Part shown: positions 46,495 through 55,508 of the stretch, in pieces
Numbering within the stretch: the first letter of the stretch is position 1
Layout of the letters: the number at the start of each line of letters is the position of its first letter
Assembly (NCBI RefSeq): GCF_025165815.1
Contig: NZ_JAFFZE010000016.1
Span: 214,047-278,046 of the forward strand
DNA from: Actinophytocola gossypii
GTDB lineage: Bacteria; Actinomycetota; Actinomycetes; Mycobacteriales; Pseudonocardiaceae
Length of the DNA stretch: 64,000 nucleotides
Direction of reading: 5' to 3'
The notes under the pieces: generated by a model
Seen by the model: only the letters and a program-made list of their open reading frames with translations
The model's database searches: none
What the model was told of the DNA's origin: nothing
Program-made: the position numbers and the translations under genes

Positions 46495-47204
46495 GCCGTC
46501 CCGCCTTTGCTGAAGCCGCGGACGAGCCCGAGGGTCGCGCCGACCACGAAGACGCCGAGGATCCCGGCGAGCGCGAGGTCGCTGCCGCCGAGCGTGTTCT
46601 CCGGGTTGTCGGCGGAGCGGGCGGAGGCCTCGCTGAACAGCCCTTCGGCGGTGACGTGTCCGGTGCCCTCGAGGATCGTCATGTGCTTCATGACCACGGT
46701 GTTGGCCGACGTGGCGAACTCCCGGATGGTGTCGTTGCGGGTGCCGGCGCGGACCTCGGCGATCAGCCCGAACACGGTGCCGTGCGCGGCCCGGAGCCGG
46801 TTGGCGAAGACCCGGTCGAACTCGTCGCCGGTGGCGGCGCTGATCTCGTCCATCCACTGCTGGTGGTTGGCCTTCGGGGCGTCCGGCAGGTCGACGCCGA
46901 ACTGCTGGGCCAGCTCCTCGATCTGGACGTTGAGCTGCTTGTGGTCGGCGTTGATGGTGCGGCCGACCTCGCGCACGTTCTCGGAGTTCCCGCGTTGGGC
47001 GGCCAGGTCGCCCATCGGGATCTCCCAGAGGTTGGCGAACCGGATGGTGAACAGGAACTCCCGGTCCCGGTCGCTGAACTCGTCGCCGTCGGGCTGCTGA
47101 GCCTGCCGCGGCTGCTCGGCGAACGCGAGCCAGGCGGCCGGGAACGCCGACACCAGGAGAGCGAGGAGACCGGCCGCCACCGAGCGGATGACCGCGCGCC
47201 GCAT
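46491..47204 (-). CDS. secreted DUF4142 (ferritin-like four-helix) domain protein
   Basis: Signal peptide MRRAVIRSVAAGLLALLVSAFPAAWLAFA. Repeated DUF4142-like helices (FDRVFANRLRAAHGTVF...). Start at the internal ATG of the track ORF. Confidence 0.65.
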   Translation of the reverse strand: MRRAVIRSVAAGLLALLVSAFPAAWLAFAEQPRQAQQPDGDEFSDRDREFLFTIRFANLWEIPMGDLAAQRGNSENVREVGRTINADHKQLNVQIEELAQQFGVDLPDAPKANHQQWMDEISAATGDEFDRVFANRLRAAHGTVFGLIAEVRAGTRNDTIREFATSANTVVMKHMTILEGTGHVTAEGLFSEASARSADNPENTLGGSDLALAGILGVFVVGATLGLVRGFSKGGTA

Positions 47205-47212
47205 CGTGTGTC

Positions 47213-47338
47213 TCACTTCTGTACGTGGGTGACCGGAGCGCCGTACTCGCTGCTGTCGCCTTCGCGGAAGTTGCAGGCCCCCAGCAAGGCCACGGCCATC
47301 GCCGTGACCACCACCAGCCCTACCACCCGAGACGACAT
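47213..47338 (-). CDS. possible 41-aa lipoprotein (MSSRVVGLVVVTAMAVALLGAC-NFREGDSSEYGAPVTHVQK)
   Basis: Small ORF not in the track, with signal peptide and lipobox LLGAC. Stop is 9 nt upstream of the DUF4142 start. Only weak support. Confidence 0.3.
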   Translation of the reverse strand: MSSRVVGLVVVTAMAVALLGACNFREGDSSEYGAPVTHVQK

Positions 47339-47442
47339 CAGCGACTCCTTCCGGCCCGATCGACGCCCCTATATACGGTGGCCGGCACCCCGTCGTTCAA
47401 CCCGGCGGCCACATTCCGCGCACCGGTTCCCGACCTGCGACG

Positions 47443-47700
47443 ATGGACGCCATGGGCAGCTACCAGGGACAGGCGACCCTCGTCCTCCGCGACGAGACCA
47501 CGATCGAGGGTCAGGCGACGATCCGGACCAGCAAGCGCCTGTGGGAGGGCACGATCGTGCTCGGCGAGGAGGACCGGGACCGCGCCGGGGAGTTGACCCG
47601 CATCGAGCTGCCGACCGGCGAGACCCGCCCGGTCACCGCGACCCGAACGGTGCCGGACGGCGACACCGGCCGTTACGTGGTGACGTTCACCAGCGGCTAG
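47443..47700 (+). CDS. DUF4873-like small protein
   Basis: 85 aa (GQATLVLRDETTIEGQATIRT...GRYVVTFTSG). Family recollection only. Confidence 0.45.
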   Translation: MDAMGSYQGQATLVLRDETTIEGQATIRTSKRLWEGTIVLGEEDRDRAGELTRIELPTGETRPVTATRTVPDGDTGRYVVTFTSG

Positions 47701-48914
47701 CGGCGGAGCCGGCGAGCGACGGCGAGCACCCGGCGCCCGTAGCCGGCCGCCCGGGGGTGCCTGCGGTCCAGCCAGCTCCGGAACGGCTTGTCCAACGCGC
47801 GGCGCAACACCGCCAGCTCGTCCCGTTCCCGCCCGAGCTGCCCGAGCAGCCCGCTGATCGCGACGATCGCCGGTTCGAGCAGTTCGTCGGCGGACACGTC
47901 CTCGGGTTGTGGCGCCGGCGTGGTGGCGGTCGCCGGCATCAGCTCGGCGAGGTCGCCGACGACGTCGTACTCGGCCTTGCGCAGCCCGTCGACCAGATGC
48001 TGGGACCAGTCGGTCACCCACGCCATCCGGCGCTCGGGCAGCGTCGGCTTCGGTGCGCCCGCGCTGTCGCGCACCAGGATGTCCTCGCCGAGCAGCACCC
48101 GCATCAGGTCGTCGGAGTGCCGGGGAGGTACGACGTCGTTGGTGAGCACGGCGTTGACCCGACGCAACAGCTCCGCCTGCGCGACGCCGATCGACGGGTT
48201 GCCGCCCGGGACGTCGGTGTCGTACCGGGCGGCGTCGATGCCGAGCACCCGCGCGAACCGCTGCCACAGCAGGTCCCGGGGAGCCCCCGCCTGCGGCACG
48301 GTCACGACGTGGATGTTCTCCGCCGGCACGACCTCTTCCCAGCGGGCGAGTACCTCGACCGCGTGGTGCAGGCTCCAGAACATCTCCCCGTAGGGCGGCG
48401 GCGCGTCCCGCCCGAGCCGGATGAGGTCGTCGACGAACTTCTCGAACGTGACCGGGAGCCGGTGCTTGAGGTGCTCCTGCCACCCCGAGGCGAGCTGCCG
48501 GGCGAGGTCCCGGGCGGTGAACACGACCTCGACCCGCGCCGGCCGCAGGGTGTCGACGGCCCGGGCGATCTGCTCGACGTCCGCGCCGCCGAGGATCTCG
48601 TTCGAGATGACCGAGGCCGGCCCGGACCACTCGCGTACCCGCCCGGCGAGCCGGTCCCAGGCGCCGGCCCACGCGGGGTCGCGCTTACCGTCCCAGTGCA
48701 TGCCACGCAGGTCCATGGTGGCGTGGAAGTGCTCGAACGGTCGTTGGAGCGGGTAGAGGAGCCCGTCGCCGGCCAGCGCCGTGCGGTTGTGCCAGAGGAC
48801 GTTCTGCAGGTGGGTGGTGCCGGTCTTGGGCGCACCGACATGCAGGAACACGCGGGCCCCGACTCCCACAGGATGCTCCTCGCCTAGGTCCTGGCCTCGG
48901 TTGGAAGCAAGCAT
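47697..48914 (-). CDS. sulfotransferase family protein (PAPS-dependent)
   Basis: N-terminal 5'-phosphosulfate-binding P-loop VFLHVGAPKTGTTHLQN and later RD..ARQLAS segment, typical of bacterial sulfotransferases. Start may be a downstream GTG. Confidence 0.7.
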   Translation of the reverse strand: MLASNRGQDLGEEHPVGVGARVFLHVGAPKTGTTHLQNVLWHNRTALAGDGLLYPLQRPFEHFHATMDLRGMHWDGKRDPAWAGAWDRLAGRVREWSGPASVISNEILGGADVEQIARAVDTLRPARVEVVFTARDLARQLASGWQEHLKHRLPVTFEKFVDDLIRLGRDAPPPYGEMFWSLHHAVEVLARWEEVVPAENIHVVTVPQAGAPRDLLWQRFARVLGIDAARYDTDVPGGNPSIGVAQAELLRRVNAVLTNDVVPPRHSDDLMRVLLGEDILVRDSAGAPKPTLPERRMAWVTDWSQHLVDGLRKAEYDVVGDLAELMPATATTPAPQPEDVSADELLEPAIVAISGLLGQLGRERDELAVLRRALDKPFRSWLDRRHPRAAGYGRRVLAVARRLRR

Positions 48915-48937
48915 GGTTGTTCATCGAGGGCGTTACG

Positions 48938-50035
48938 TCAAGCTGCCCGGCCGGCCAACCAGTCGAACACGTCATCCGCGGCGGCGGCGAGCACCTCGCC
49001 GTGGTCGGCGCCCGGATACACGCGGTGGTCGACGGTGGTGCCCTGCCTCCGCGCCTGCTCGACCAGCGCCGCGGTGTACTCGGGATACACGATCCGGTCC
49101 GCGGAGCCCTGAGCGACCAGGACCGGCGCGGAGACCCGGCGCCGTGCGAGCTCGTTCTCGGCGAACCACCCCCGCAGCCGGTCCGCGGCGGCCGCGTCCT
49201 TCGGCTCGAACTCCGAGCCGGGCAGGTCGGCCTCGGCGTACCGGGCCGCCAGCTCGTCGACGCACGCCTCACGCGCGACCGGCAGGATTTCGAGCGCGCG
49301 GGGTCCGAGGTAGTCGGCGAAGTCCAACTCGGGATGCTGGGTCTTGAGCCCGACGAGCATGAGCGTGTAGTAGGTCTGCTCGGCCAGAACGACCTGACCG
49401 AGCCGGTCCACCTCGTCGGTCATGTTCGGCGCCGGTGCGTAGGAGACCACTCCCACCAGGTCGTGTCCGTCGGCCACCTCCGCCGCCGCGATGGCCGCGT
49501 GCCCACCCTGCGAGTGCCCGATCGCGACCCAGCGGTCACCGAGGTCCGGATGCAGGTCGCGGATCGCCCGCACCGAATCGACAACCGACCGTCCAGCCGA
49601 CTCTGGAATCAGGTACGGGTGGTCCCCCGGCGTCCCCAACCCCGCGTAGTCGGTGGCGGTGACGGCGTACCCGGCCTCGAGAAACGCGGCGAGCTGCTCG
49701 GTGTACCCCGCGAGAGACGGATCCTCGGACGGCGCACAGTCGTCACCGATGCCCGTCGTCCCGTGCGCCCAAGCCAGCACCGGCAGTTCGGGATCGAGTT
49801 CCGCTGGCACGAGCGTGATCCCACTGACCGTGTCCGCTTCGCCCGAAGGGGTCACCGACCGGTACGTGATCCGGTGAACGGAGGTCCCTTCCGGCAACCC
49901 GTTCAGCCCACGCACAACCTCAGAATCGACCAGCGTCCGCGGCTCACTCTCATCCTGTTCGGCAGGTTCCCCCGCCGAACAGCCACTCCCCACCAACGCG
50001 ACACCCACCAACACGGAAACGAACCGGTTGCCCAT
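48938..50035 (-). CDS. secreted lipase / alpha-beta hydrolase lipoprotein (LIP family)
   Basis: Lipoprotein signal MGNRFVSVLVGVALVGSGCS; nucleophile elbow GHSQGG. Confidence 0.75.
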   Translation of the reverse strand: MGNRFVSVLVGVALVGSGCSAGEPAEQDESEPRTLVDSEVVRGLNGLPEGTSVHRITYRSVTPSGEADTVSGITLVPAELDPELPVLAWAHGTTGIGDDCAPSEDPSLAGYTEQLAAFLEAGYAVTATDYAGLGTPGDHPYLIPESAGRSVVDSVRAIRDLHPDLGDRWVAIGHSQGGHAAIAAAEVADGHDLVGVVSYAPAPNMTDEVDRLGQVVLAEQTYYTLMLVGLKTQHPELDFADYLGPRALEILPVAREACVDELAARYAEADLPGSEFEPKDAAAADRLRGWFAENELARRRVSAPVLVAQGSADRIVYPEYTAALVEQARRQGTTVDHRVYPGADHGEVLAAAADDVFDWLAGRAA

Positions 50036-50073
50036 GTAGTCGACCGTCCCATACAGACGTAAGGTAAGCAACC

Positions 50074-50655
50074 GTGGCCACGACGGAAGAAGGAACCCAG
50101 GCGCGCAACCGAGTGATCGAGGCCCTGATCGAGTTGGTCGCCGACGAGGGCATGGACGCCGTCAGCGTGCGCGCGGTGGCCGCGAGAGCGGGCGTAACCG
50201 GCGGGATGGTCCAACACCACTTCGCCACCAAGCACGCGATGCTCCTAGCAGCGGCACGTGCCGTCACGGCCCGGGTAGCCGCGACCCTCACCACGTTCCG
50301 CGACCTCCCACCCGAGCAGGCACTGCACCGCACCGCGCTGCTCGTCGTCCCCGTCGACGACACCCGCACCGCAGAAGCCCGAGTGTGGCTGGCGTTCATG
50401 GCCCGAGCCGCCGTGGACCCCGACCTGGCCGCCGAACACCAACGCACATGGTCCGAGCTGGAGTCCTTCCTGACATCCCTGGTGGCCGCGGCCCACGACC
50501 ACCCCACCCCCACCCGCCCCGACCGCGACGCCGCCGCCCTACTCCTGGCCACCCTCGACGGCCTGGCAACCGGAGGCCTGGTCGAACCAACCCGCCTGAG
50601 CCGCTCCCGGATCCGGGCGCTGGTCAAGCAGGCGGTAGCGACCGCACTCAAGTGA
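50074..50655 (+). CDS. TetR/AcrR-family transcriptional regulator
   Basis: N-terminal HTH (RNRVIEALIELVADEGMDAVSVRAVAARAGVTGGMVQHHF). GTG start; divergent from the lipase. Confidence 0.8.
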   Translation: MATTEEGTQARNRVIEALIELVADEGMDAVSVRAVAARAGVTGGMVQHHFATKHAMLLAAARAVTARVAATLTTFRDLPPEQALHRTALLVVPVDDTRTAEARVWLAFMARAAVDPDLAAEHQRTWSELESFLTSLVAAAHDHPTPTRPDRDAAALLLATLDGLATGGLVEPTRLSRSRIRALVKQAVATALK

Positions 50656-50725
50656 CCGGCGCGGGCCATCGGGTTCGTCGATCAGCACGCGCCCTGAGGC
50701 GCGCCCGGCGTGTTCGCCGCCCAGC

Positions 50726-51610
50726 TCACGTCGTGCCCACGGCGATGTCCAGGATCTGGTGGTGCAGGGCGGGGGCCGAGAACAGGGCGCTCCTGGTGTC
50801 GCCGTGCCGGTCGTCGGACAGGTCGCTGTAGACGCCCCCGGCTTCCTCGACGATCGGAACGAGTGCGGCGATGTCCCACGGTCCTACTCCCTGTAGCAGG
50901 AAGGCATCGAGTTTGCCGGTGGCCACGAGCAGGGCGCCGTGGCATGTCCCGGATCCGGTCGACGGCTTGCGGACGGTGGCTGTCGGCGTGTGGGTGCTGT
51001 GCCAGTCCAGCGCCGGGAGCGTGGTTCGGACGTGCATCGCAAGGTTCGCGGCGCGCCGTCGGTCGCGTGCGTCAAGTCGGGCAGGCGGCGGCCAGATACC
51101 GATCGCGGCGTCGCGGAGGTCGGCGGCCGCGGTGACGGCGAGCCGCGTTGGCGTCGCGGCGGGGCCCATCGGCAGGCTGGCGCACCAGGCTCCCGAGCCG
51201 CGTACGGCCCACCACCGGGTACGACAGGCCGCAGCGGTGACCACACCGAGCGAGACAGCATCGCCTTCAGCCAGGGCGATCAACGTGCCCCACTCGGGTT
51301 CGCCAGCGAGAAAACTGGCGGTGCCGTCGATGGCATCGACGATCCACCGGCGCCGGCCGTGGCCATGAGCGCCGAATTCCTCGCCGAGAAAGGCGTCATC
51401 GACACGTTCCTGATTGATCAAGGTGCGAACCGCACGTTCGATCTCACGGTCGGCGACGGTGACCGGGCTGTCGTCGCTCTTGGCCTGCCAGACGATGTCG
51501 CCGCTCGCGAAATAGCGCGCGGCGATGGCGTCCGCGTGGTCAGCCAGCCGGTGCGCCAGCTCCAGATCAGCTGGTGCGCCGTGGACCTGAGGGACGTCGT
51601 CGCTTGTCAT
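50726..51610 (-). CDS. inositol-monophosphatase-family phosphatase (HisN/histidinol-phosphatase-like)
   Basis: IMPase motifs (WIVDAIDGTASF, WD..A). Start at the internal ATG (MTSDDV). Confidence 0.75.
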   Translation of the reverse strand: MTSDDVPQVHGAPADLELAHRLADHADAIAARYFASGDIVWQAKSDDSPVTVADREIERAVRTLINQERVDDAFLGEEFGAHGHGRRRWIVDAIDGTASFLAGEPEWGTLIALAEGDAVSLGVVTAAACRTRWWAVRGSGAWCASLPMGPAATPTRLAVTAAADLRDAAIGIWPPPARLDARDRRRAANLAMHVRTTLPALDWHSTHTPTATVRKPSTGSGTCHGALLVATGKLDAFLLQGVGPWDIAALVPIVEEAGGVYSDLSDDRHGDTRSALFSAPALHHQILDIAVGTT

Positions 51611-51792
51611 GCCGCACCCGCTGCCATGAACATCTTGGGATCTTATTGACAATCCCTCGTTCAGTGCCGATGAGACCTACTGCGAAGTGAACTTCGGCGC
51701 CGGCCGTGAGTGAGACTGCGACCGAGACCGTTCTGTACGTGGTGGAGTTGACCAGGCGCCAACTCCACCCCCGTTTCCGCTGGTAAAGACCG

Positions 51793-51877
51793 CGGAGGCG
51801 GAGGGATTTGAACCCCCGGACCCGTGAAGGTCTCCTGTTTTCAAGACAGGTGCATTCGGCCGCTCTGCCACGCCTCC
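51793..51877 (-). tRNA. tRNA-Ser (anticodon TGA), long variable arm, CCA not encoded
   Basis: Reverse complement GGAGGCGTGGCAGAGCGGCCGAATGCACCTGTCTTGAAAACAGGAGACCTTCACGGGTCCGGGGGTTCAAATCCCTCCGCCTCCG. Anticodon loop CTTGAAA. T-arm GGGGG-TTCAAAT-CCCTC. Confidence 0.85.
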
Positions 51878-51899
51878 CTACGGGTGCAGGGTAGCGGGC

Positions 51900-52376
51900 T
51901 CAGGTGTCCAGGTCGTCGAGGTGTTCCAGGACTCGTTCGAAGATGGTGGCCAGGGCCTGGTGGTCCTGCTCGGTGAGCAGGTCGATCAGGTGGGTGCGGA
52001 CACCGTCCACGTGGGTGGGGGCGGTGGTGCGGAGGCGGGACATGCCGGCCTCCGTCAACTCCGCGAACACGCCTCGGGCGTCGTCGCCGCATTCCACCCG
52101 TTGGACCAGGCCGGCCGCTTCCAGGCGGCTGATCTGGTGGGACAGGCGGCTCTTGGAGCTGGCTACCTCCCCGGCCAGTTGGGCCATGCGCATGCGGCGA
52201 CCCTCGCGCTCGGACAGGCGGACCAGGACCTCGTAGTCGGCCAGCGCCAGACCATGGCCGTCCTGGAGCTCTCGGTTCAGTTGTTTGCGCAGCAGCTCGC
52301 TGCCGATCACGTACGCACGCCAGGCGCGCATCTCGCTCTGGCTCAGCCATCGCGTTTGTTCCTGGGGCTCGGACAC
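51900..52376 (-). CDS. MarR-family transcriptional regulator
   Basis: wHTH core (LALADYEVLVRLSEREGRRMRMAQLAGEVASSKSRLSHQISRLEAAGLVQR). Start placed at the GTG (VSEPQEQ); the upstream Pro-rich extension of the track ORF is unlikely to be coding. Confidence 0.7.
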   Translation of the reverse strand: MSEPQEQTRWLSQSEMRAWRAYVIGSELLRKQLNRELQDGHGLALADYEVLVRLSEREGRRMRMAQLAGEVASSKSRLSHQISRLEAAGLVQRVECGDDARGVFAELTEAGMSRLRTTAPTHVDGVRTHLIDLLTEQDHQALATIFERVLEHLDDLDT

Positions 52377-52712
52377 TCCACCAGGGTAGATCGCGGGTGG
52401 CTTCGGAACGTGATCGGGCGTTTCACCAGGTCGGGTGGGGTGGGTGGGGTTGTGAGCCCGGGATCGCGGGTGCATGCTGGGGGTACGGCTGGGAACGCTA
52501 GTGCCGGGAGAGGGCAGGTGGTGCGGTGACATTCGCAGGAGACCGACCATCGGTTCGTTGCTGGCGCGTTTCCCCAGCTCTTGGCTGACGGGACACGGGC
52601 GCCGGGGATTGGGTGCAGCGGCACCCCGACGATGTTGAACCTCGTTTCAGGGCCCCGAACTACGCCTGGCGGGGATCCACGCCGACCTGGTTGAGGCAAC
52701 GGACCTCGAGAT

Positions 52713-52760
52713 GCCATGAACGGCGCCTCCCCGGCGGGTCGGGCAAGCGCCGTTCATGGC
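52713..52760. terminator. strong hairpin just downstream of the M28 peptidase gene
   Basis: GCCATGAACGGCGC-N20-GCGCCGTTCATGGC: 14-bp perfect inverted repeat, 12 nt beyond the peptidase stop (52772, minus strand). No T-tract, so factor-dependent or structural. Confidence 0.5.
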
Positions 52761-52771
52761 CTTCGTCTTGA

Positions 52772-54304
52772 CTAGCGCAGTTCGGAGTGGGGGTCGGCTG
52801 CCACCTCAGCCGCCATGGTGCGCTTGTCCGCCACGCGGGTCTTCGCCCTGGCCGCGCGGGGTGGGACGCCGTTGACGTCCTCCGTGGACGTCGCGTAGGA
52901 GCCGATCACCCACGCCACGCCGTCGGACATCCGGTCGAACGCGACGCGGTCGACGTTGCCCAGGTTGTCGCGGGACGTGTGGTAGTTCGGGTCGTAGTTC
53001 TGACCGGCGACGCCACCCCACTTCGCGACCTGCTCCTCGGTCTTCACGCCGTCCCCACCGGTGAACAGGCCACCCGCCGGAATGCCGTTGAGGATGAACT
53101 CGCCGTAGTCCGAGCGGCCGTTGAAGTCCGTGCCCTCGGTCGGCAGGCCGACCTCCTCGAAGTAGTTCGCGAACGCGGCCTCGATCTGGGCCGAGCCGTA
53201 CGGACCCGCACCGGCACCCTCGCCGTCCGAGTCGTCGCCGTCGAAGATGAAGTAGCCGGCGTTCGGCGAGCCGATCATGTCGAAGTTCAGGTACAGCGCG
53301 ATGTCCAGCTGCTCCTCGAACGTCAGGTTCTGCACGTAGTGCGTCGAACCGACCAGGCCGTGCTCCTCAGCACCCCACCAGGCGAACCGCACCGCGTTGT
53401 TCACCTTCGGCGAGCCGCCCATCTGGATGGCCGTCTCCAGGAGCGCGGCGCTGCCGGTGGCGTTGTCGTTGATCCCGGCACCGTCCCCGACGCTGTCGAG
53501 GTGCGCACCGGCCATCACGACGTTGTTGTGCCGGCCGGTCTGGGTCTCGGCGATCACGTTGTACGTCGTGCGGTCCTCGACCAGGCCCTGCAGGTCGATC
53601 GTGACCGACGCGCCCTCCTGGGCGATCAGCGCGGCGCCCTGCTCCTGGGTGACACCCGCCGCGGGGGCACTCGCCGGGTCGACCTCACCGAGCGTGCCGT
53701 TCAGCGCGCCGGGGCCGTTGTTGTAGATGATCACCGCCGCGGCGCCCATCTCGCCCGCGACCAGCGCCTTCTGGCCGAAGGTGCACGATCCGCGGCTGAC
53801 CAGCACGACCGCGCCCTCGGCGGCCACGCCGTCATAATCCGCTGCCTCGCAGCCCGGGGTGTCGTCGGCCGGCACCACCGCGAGCGGGCCGGTCACGCCA
53901 CCCACCGGGGTGTCCTGGCTGTAACCCATCCGGGCGACCGGGAGGTCAGCGCCGTCGACCGTCGCGGTGGCCAGCTCGGTCTCGTCGTAGACGAACGGGA
54001 ACTCCTGCCGGGTGACGACGAAGCCGGCGTTCTCGAGCTTGGTCGCGATGTACTCGGCCGACGCCACGTGCCCGGGAGAGCCGGCGGCACGGTTCCCGCC
54101 GTTGCGGTCGGCTAGGCGCTGGAAGGCGATCAGGTGCCGGTTGAGGTTGGTGATGCTGACCTTCTTGACCAGCTGGCGGGCCAGCTTCGGTCCGTCCGGC
54201 ACGTGCTGCTGTGCGGCGGACGCGGGCGCCGCGGCCAGGCTGAGGCCGGTCGCGGCCGCGAGTAACGCGACCCCGGCGCGGAGTGTCGTCTTGCGGGACG
54301 GCAT
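52772..54304 (-). CDS. secreted M28-family aminopeptidase with PA domain
   Basis: Signal peptide. Zn-ligand regions (HLDSVGDGAGINDNATG, WWGAEEHGLVGS, LNFDMIG). Confidence 0.85.
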   Translation of the reverse strand: MPSRKTTLRAGVALLAAATGLSLAAAPASAAQQHVPDGPKLARQLVKKVSITNLNRHLIAFQRLADRNGGNRAAGSPGHVASAEYIATKLENAGFVVTRQEFPFVYDETELATATVDGADLPVARMGYSQDTPVGGVTGPLAVVPADDTPGCEAADYDGVAAEGAVVLVSRGSCTFGQKALVAGEMGAAAVIIYNNGPGALNGTLGEVDPASAPAAGVTQEQGAALIAQEGASVTIDLQGLVEDRTTYNVIAETQTGRHNNVVMAGAHLDSVGDGAGINDNATGSAALLETAIQMGGSPKVNNAVRFAWWGAEEHGLVGSTHYVQNLTFEEQLDIALYLNFDMIGSPNAGYFIFDGDDSDGEGAGAGPYGSAQIEAAFANYFEEVGLPTEGTDFNGRSDYGEFILNGIPAGGLFTGGDGVKTEEQVAKWGGVAGQNYDPNYHTSRDNLGNVDRVAFDRMSDGVAWVIGSYATSTEDVNGVPPRAARAKTRVADKRTMAAEVAADPHSELR

Positions 54305-54456
54305 GTAGCTTCCTCTCCATCACGGGCGGATGCCGGCGCAGGAGGATCGGCCCCGAACCACGATCGCCGCATCCGGCCAGCACACCCTTGTCGGGATCAC
54401 AGCGGCTGGTCAAGACCCGTTCGCGTTCTGTTATCGGAACCGATTACGGTCATCAC

Positions 54457-55437
54457 ATGCAGGCCATCGTGATCTCTGAGCCAGGCGGTCCGGACGTGTT
54501 GACCTGGACGGAGCAACCCGATCCCCGGCCCGGCCCAGGCGAGGTTCTGCTGGATGTCGCGGCCTCCGCGGTCAACCGGGCCGACCTGTTGCAGCGGCAG
54601 GGCGTGTACCCGCCGCCGCCCGGGGCGAGCGAGGTGCCGGGCCTGGAGTGCTCCGGCGTGGTGGCCGCGCTCGGCGAGGGCGTGGCTGAGTTCCGGGTCG
54701 GCGACGAGGTGTGCGCGCTGCTCGCCGGCGGCGGGTACGGCCAGCGGGTGGCGGTACCCGTCGGGCAGGTGCTGCCGGTGCCGGCGGGGGTGGACCTGGT
54801 GACGGCGGCGTCGCTGCCGGAGGTCGCCTGCACGGTGTGGTCCAACGTGGTGCTGACCGCGGGTCTGGTGGCCGGCGAGGTGCTGCTGGTGCACGGCGGC
54901 GCGGGTGGGATCGGCACGCACGCGATCCAGGTCGGCAAGGCGCTCGGGGCCACGGTGGCGGTGACCGCGGGGTCGCGGGAGCGGCTGGACCGGTGCGCGG
55001 TGCTCGGCGCGGACGTGCTGGTGAACTACGGCGAGCAGGACTTCGTCGAACAGGTGCGCGCGGCCACCGACGGGCACGGGGCGGACGTCGTGCTGGACAA
55101 CATGGGGGCGAAGTACCTGCCGGGCAACGTGTCGGTGCTGGCGCGCAACGGGCGGCTGGTGGTCATCGGCATGCAGGGCGGGGTGAAGGGCGAGCTGAAC
55201 CTGGGCAAGCTGCTCGCGAAGTGCGGCTCGGTCACGGCGACGACGTTGCGGAACCGGCCGCTGGAGGAGAAGGCCGCGATCGTGGACGAGGTCGCCACAC
55301 AGCTGTGGCCACTGGTGGAGGCGGGCACGGTGCAGCCGGTCGTGCACGAGGTGCTGCCGGTGGAGCGGGCGGCGGACGCGCACCGGGCGATGGAGGACGG
55401 CGGGGTCTTCGGGAAGCTGATCCTGCGGATGCCCTGA
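54457..55437 (+). CDS. NAD(P)H:quinone oxidoreductase (Qor; zinc-independent MDR family)
   Basis: MQAIVISEPGGPDVL ... LVHGGAGGIGTHAIQ Rossmann motif. Start at the internal ATG of the track ORF. Confidence 0.85.
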   Translation: MQAIVISEPGGPDVLTWTEQPDPRPGPGEVLLDVAASAVNRADLLQRQGVYPPPPGASEVPGLECSGVVAALGEGVAEFRVGDEVCALLAGGGYGQRVAVPVGQVLPVPAGVDLVTAASLPEVACTVWSNVVLTAGLVAGEVLLVHGGAGGIGTHAIQVGKALGATVAVTAGSRERLDRCAVLGADVLVNYGEQDFVEQVRAATDGHGADVVLDNMGAKYLPGNVSVLARNGRLVVIGMQGGVKGELNLGKLLAKCGSVTATTLRNRPLEEKAAIVDEVATQLWPLVEAGTVQPVVHEVLPVERAADAHRAMEDGGVFGKLILRMP

Positions 55438-55446
55438 CGGACGCCC

Positions 55447-55508
55447 AACGTACGACTCGCGCGACGGGAACGTACGACTCGCGCGACGGGAACGTACGAC
55501 TCGCGGGG
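55447..55508. repeat. tandem array (2 full + 1 partial) of 22-bp unit AACGTACGACTCGCGCGACGGG
   Basis: Direct repeats seen in sequence, between the convergent qor (stop 55437) and aminotransferase (stop 55509) genes. The unit contains palindromes CGTACG and TCGCGCGA. A near-identical array lies at 58646..58706. Confidence 0.8.

Noticed and set aside
55447-55508. Repeat arrays as Rho-independent terminators for the convergent gene pairs
   Set aside because: Only short internal palindromes (6 and 8 bp). No extended stem followed by a T-tract.
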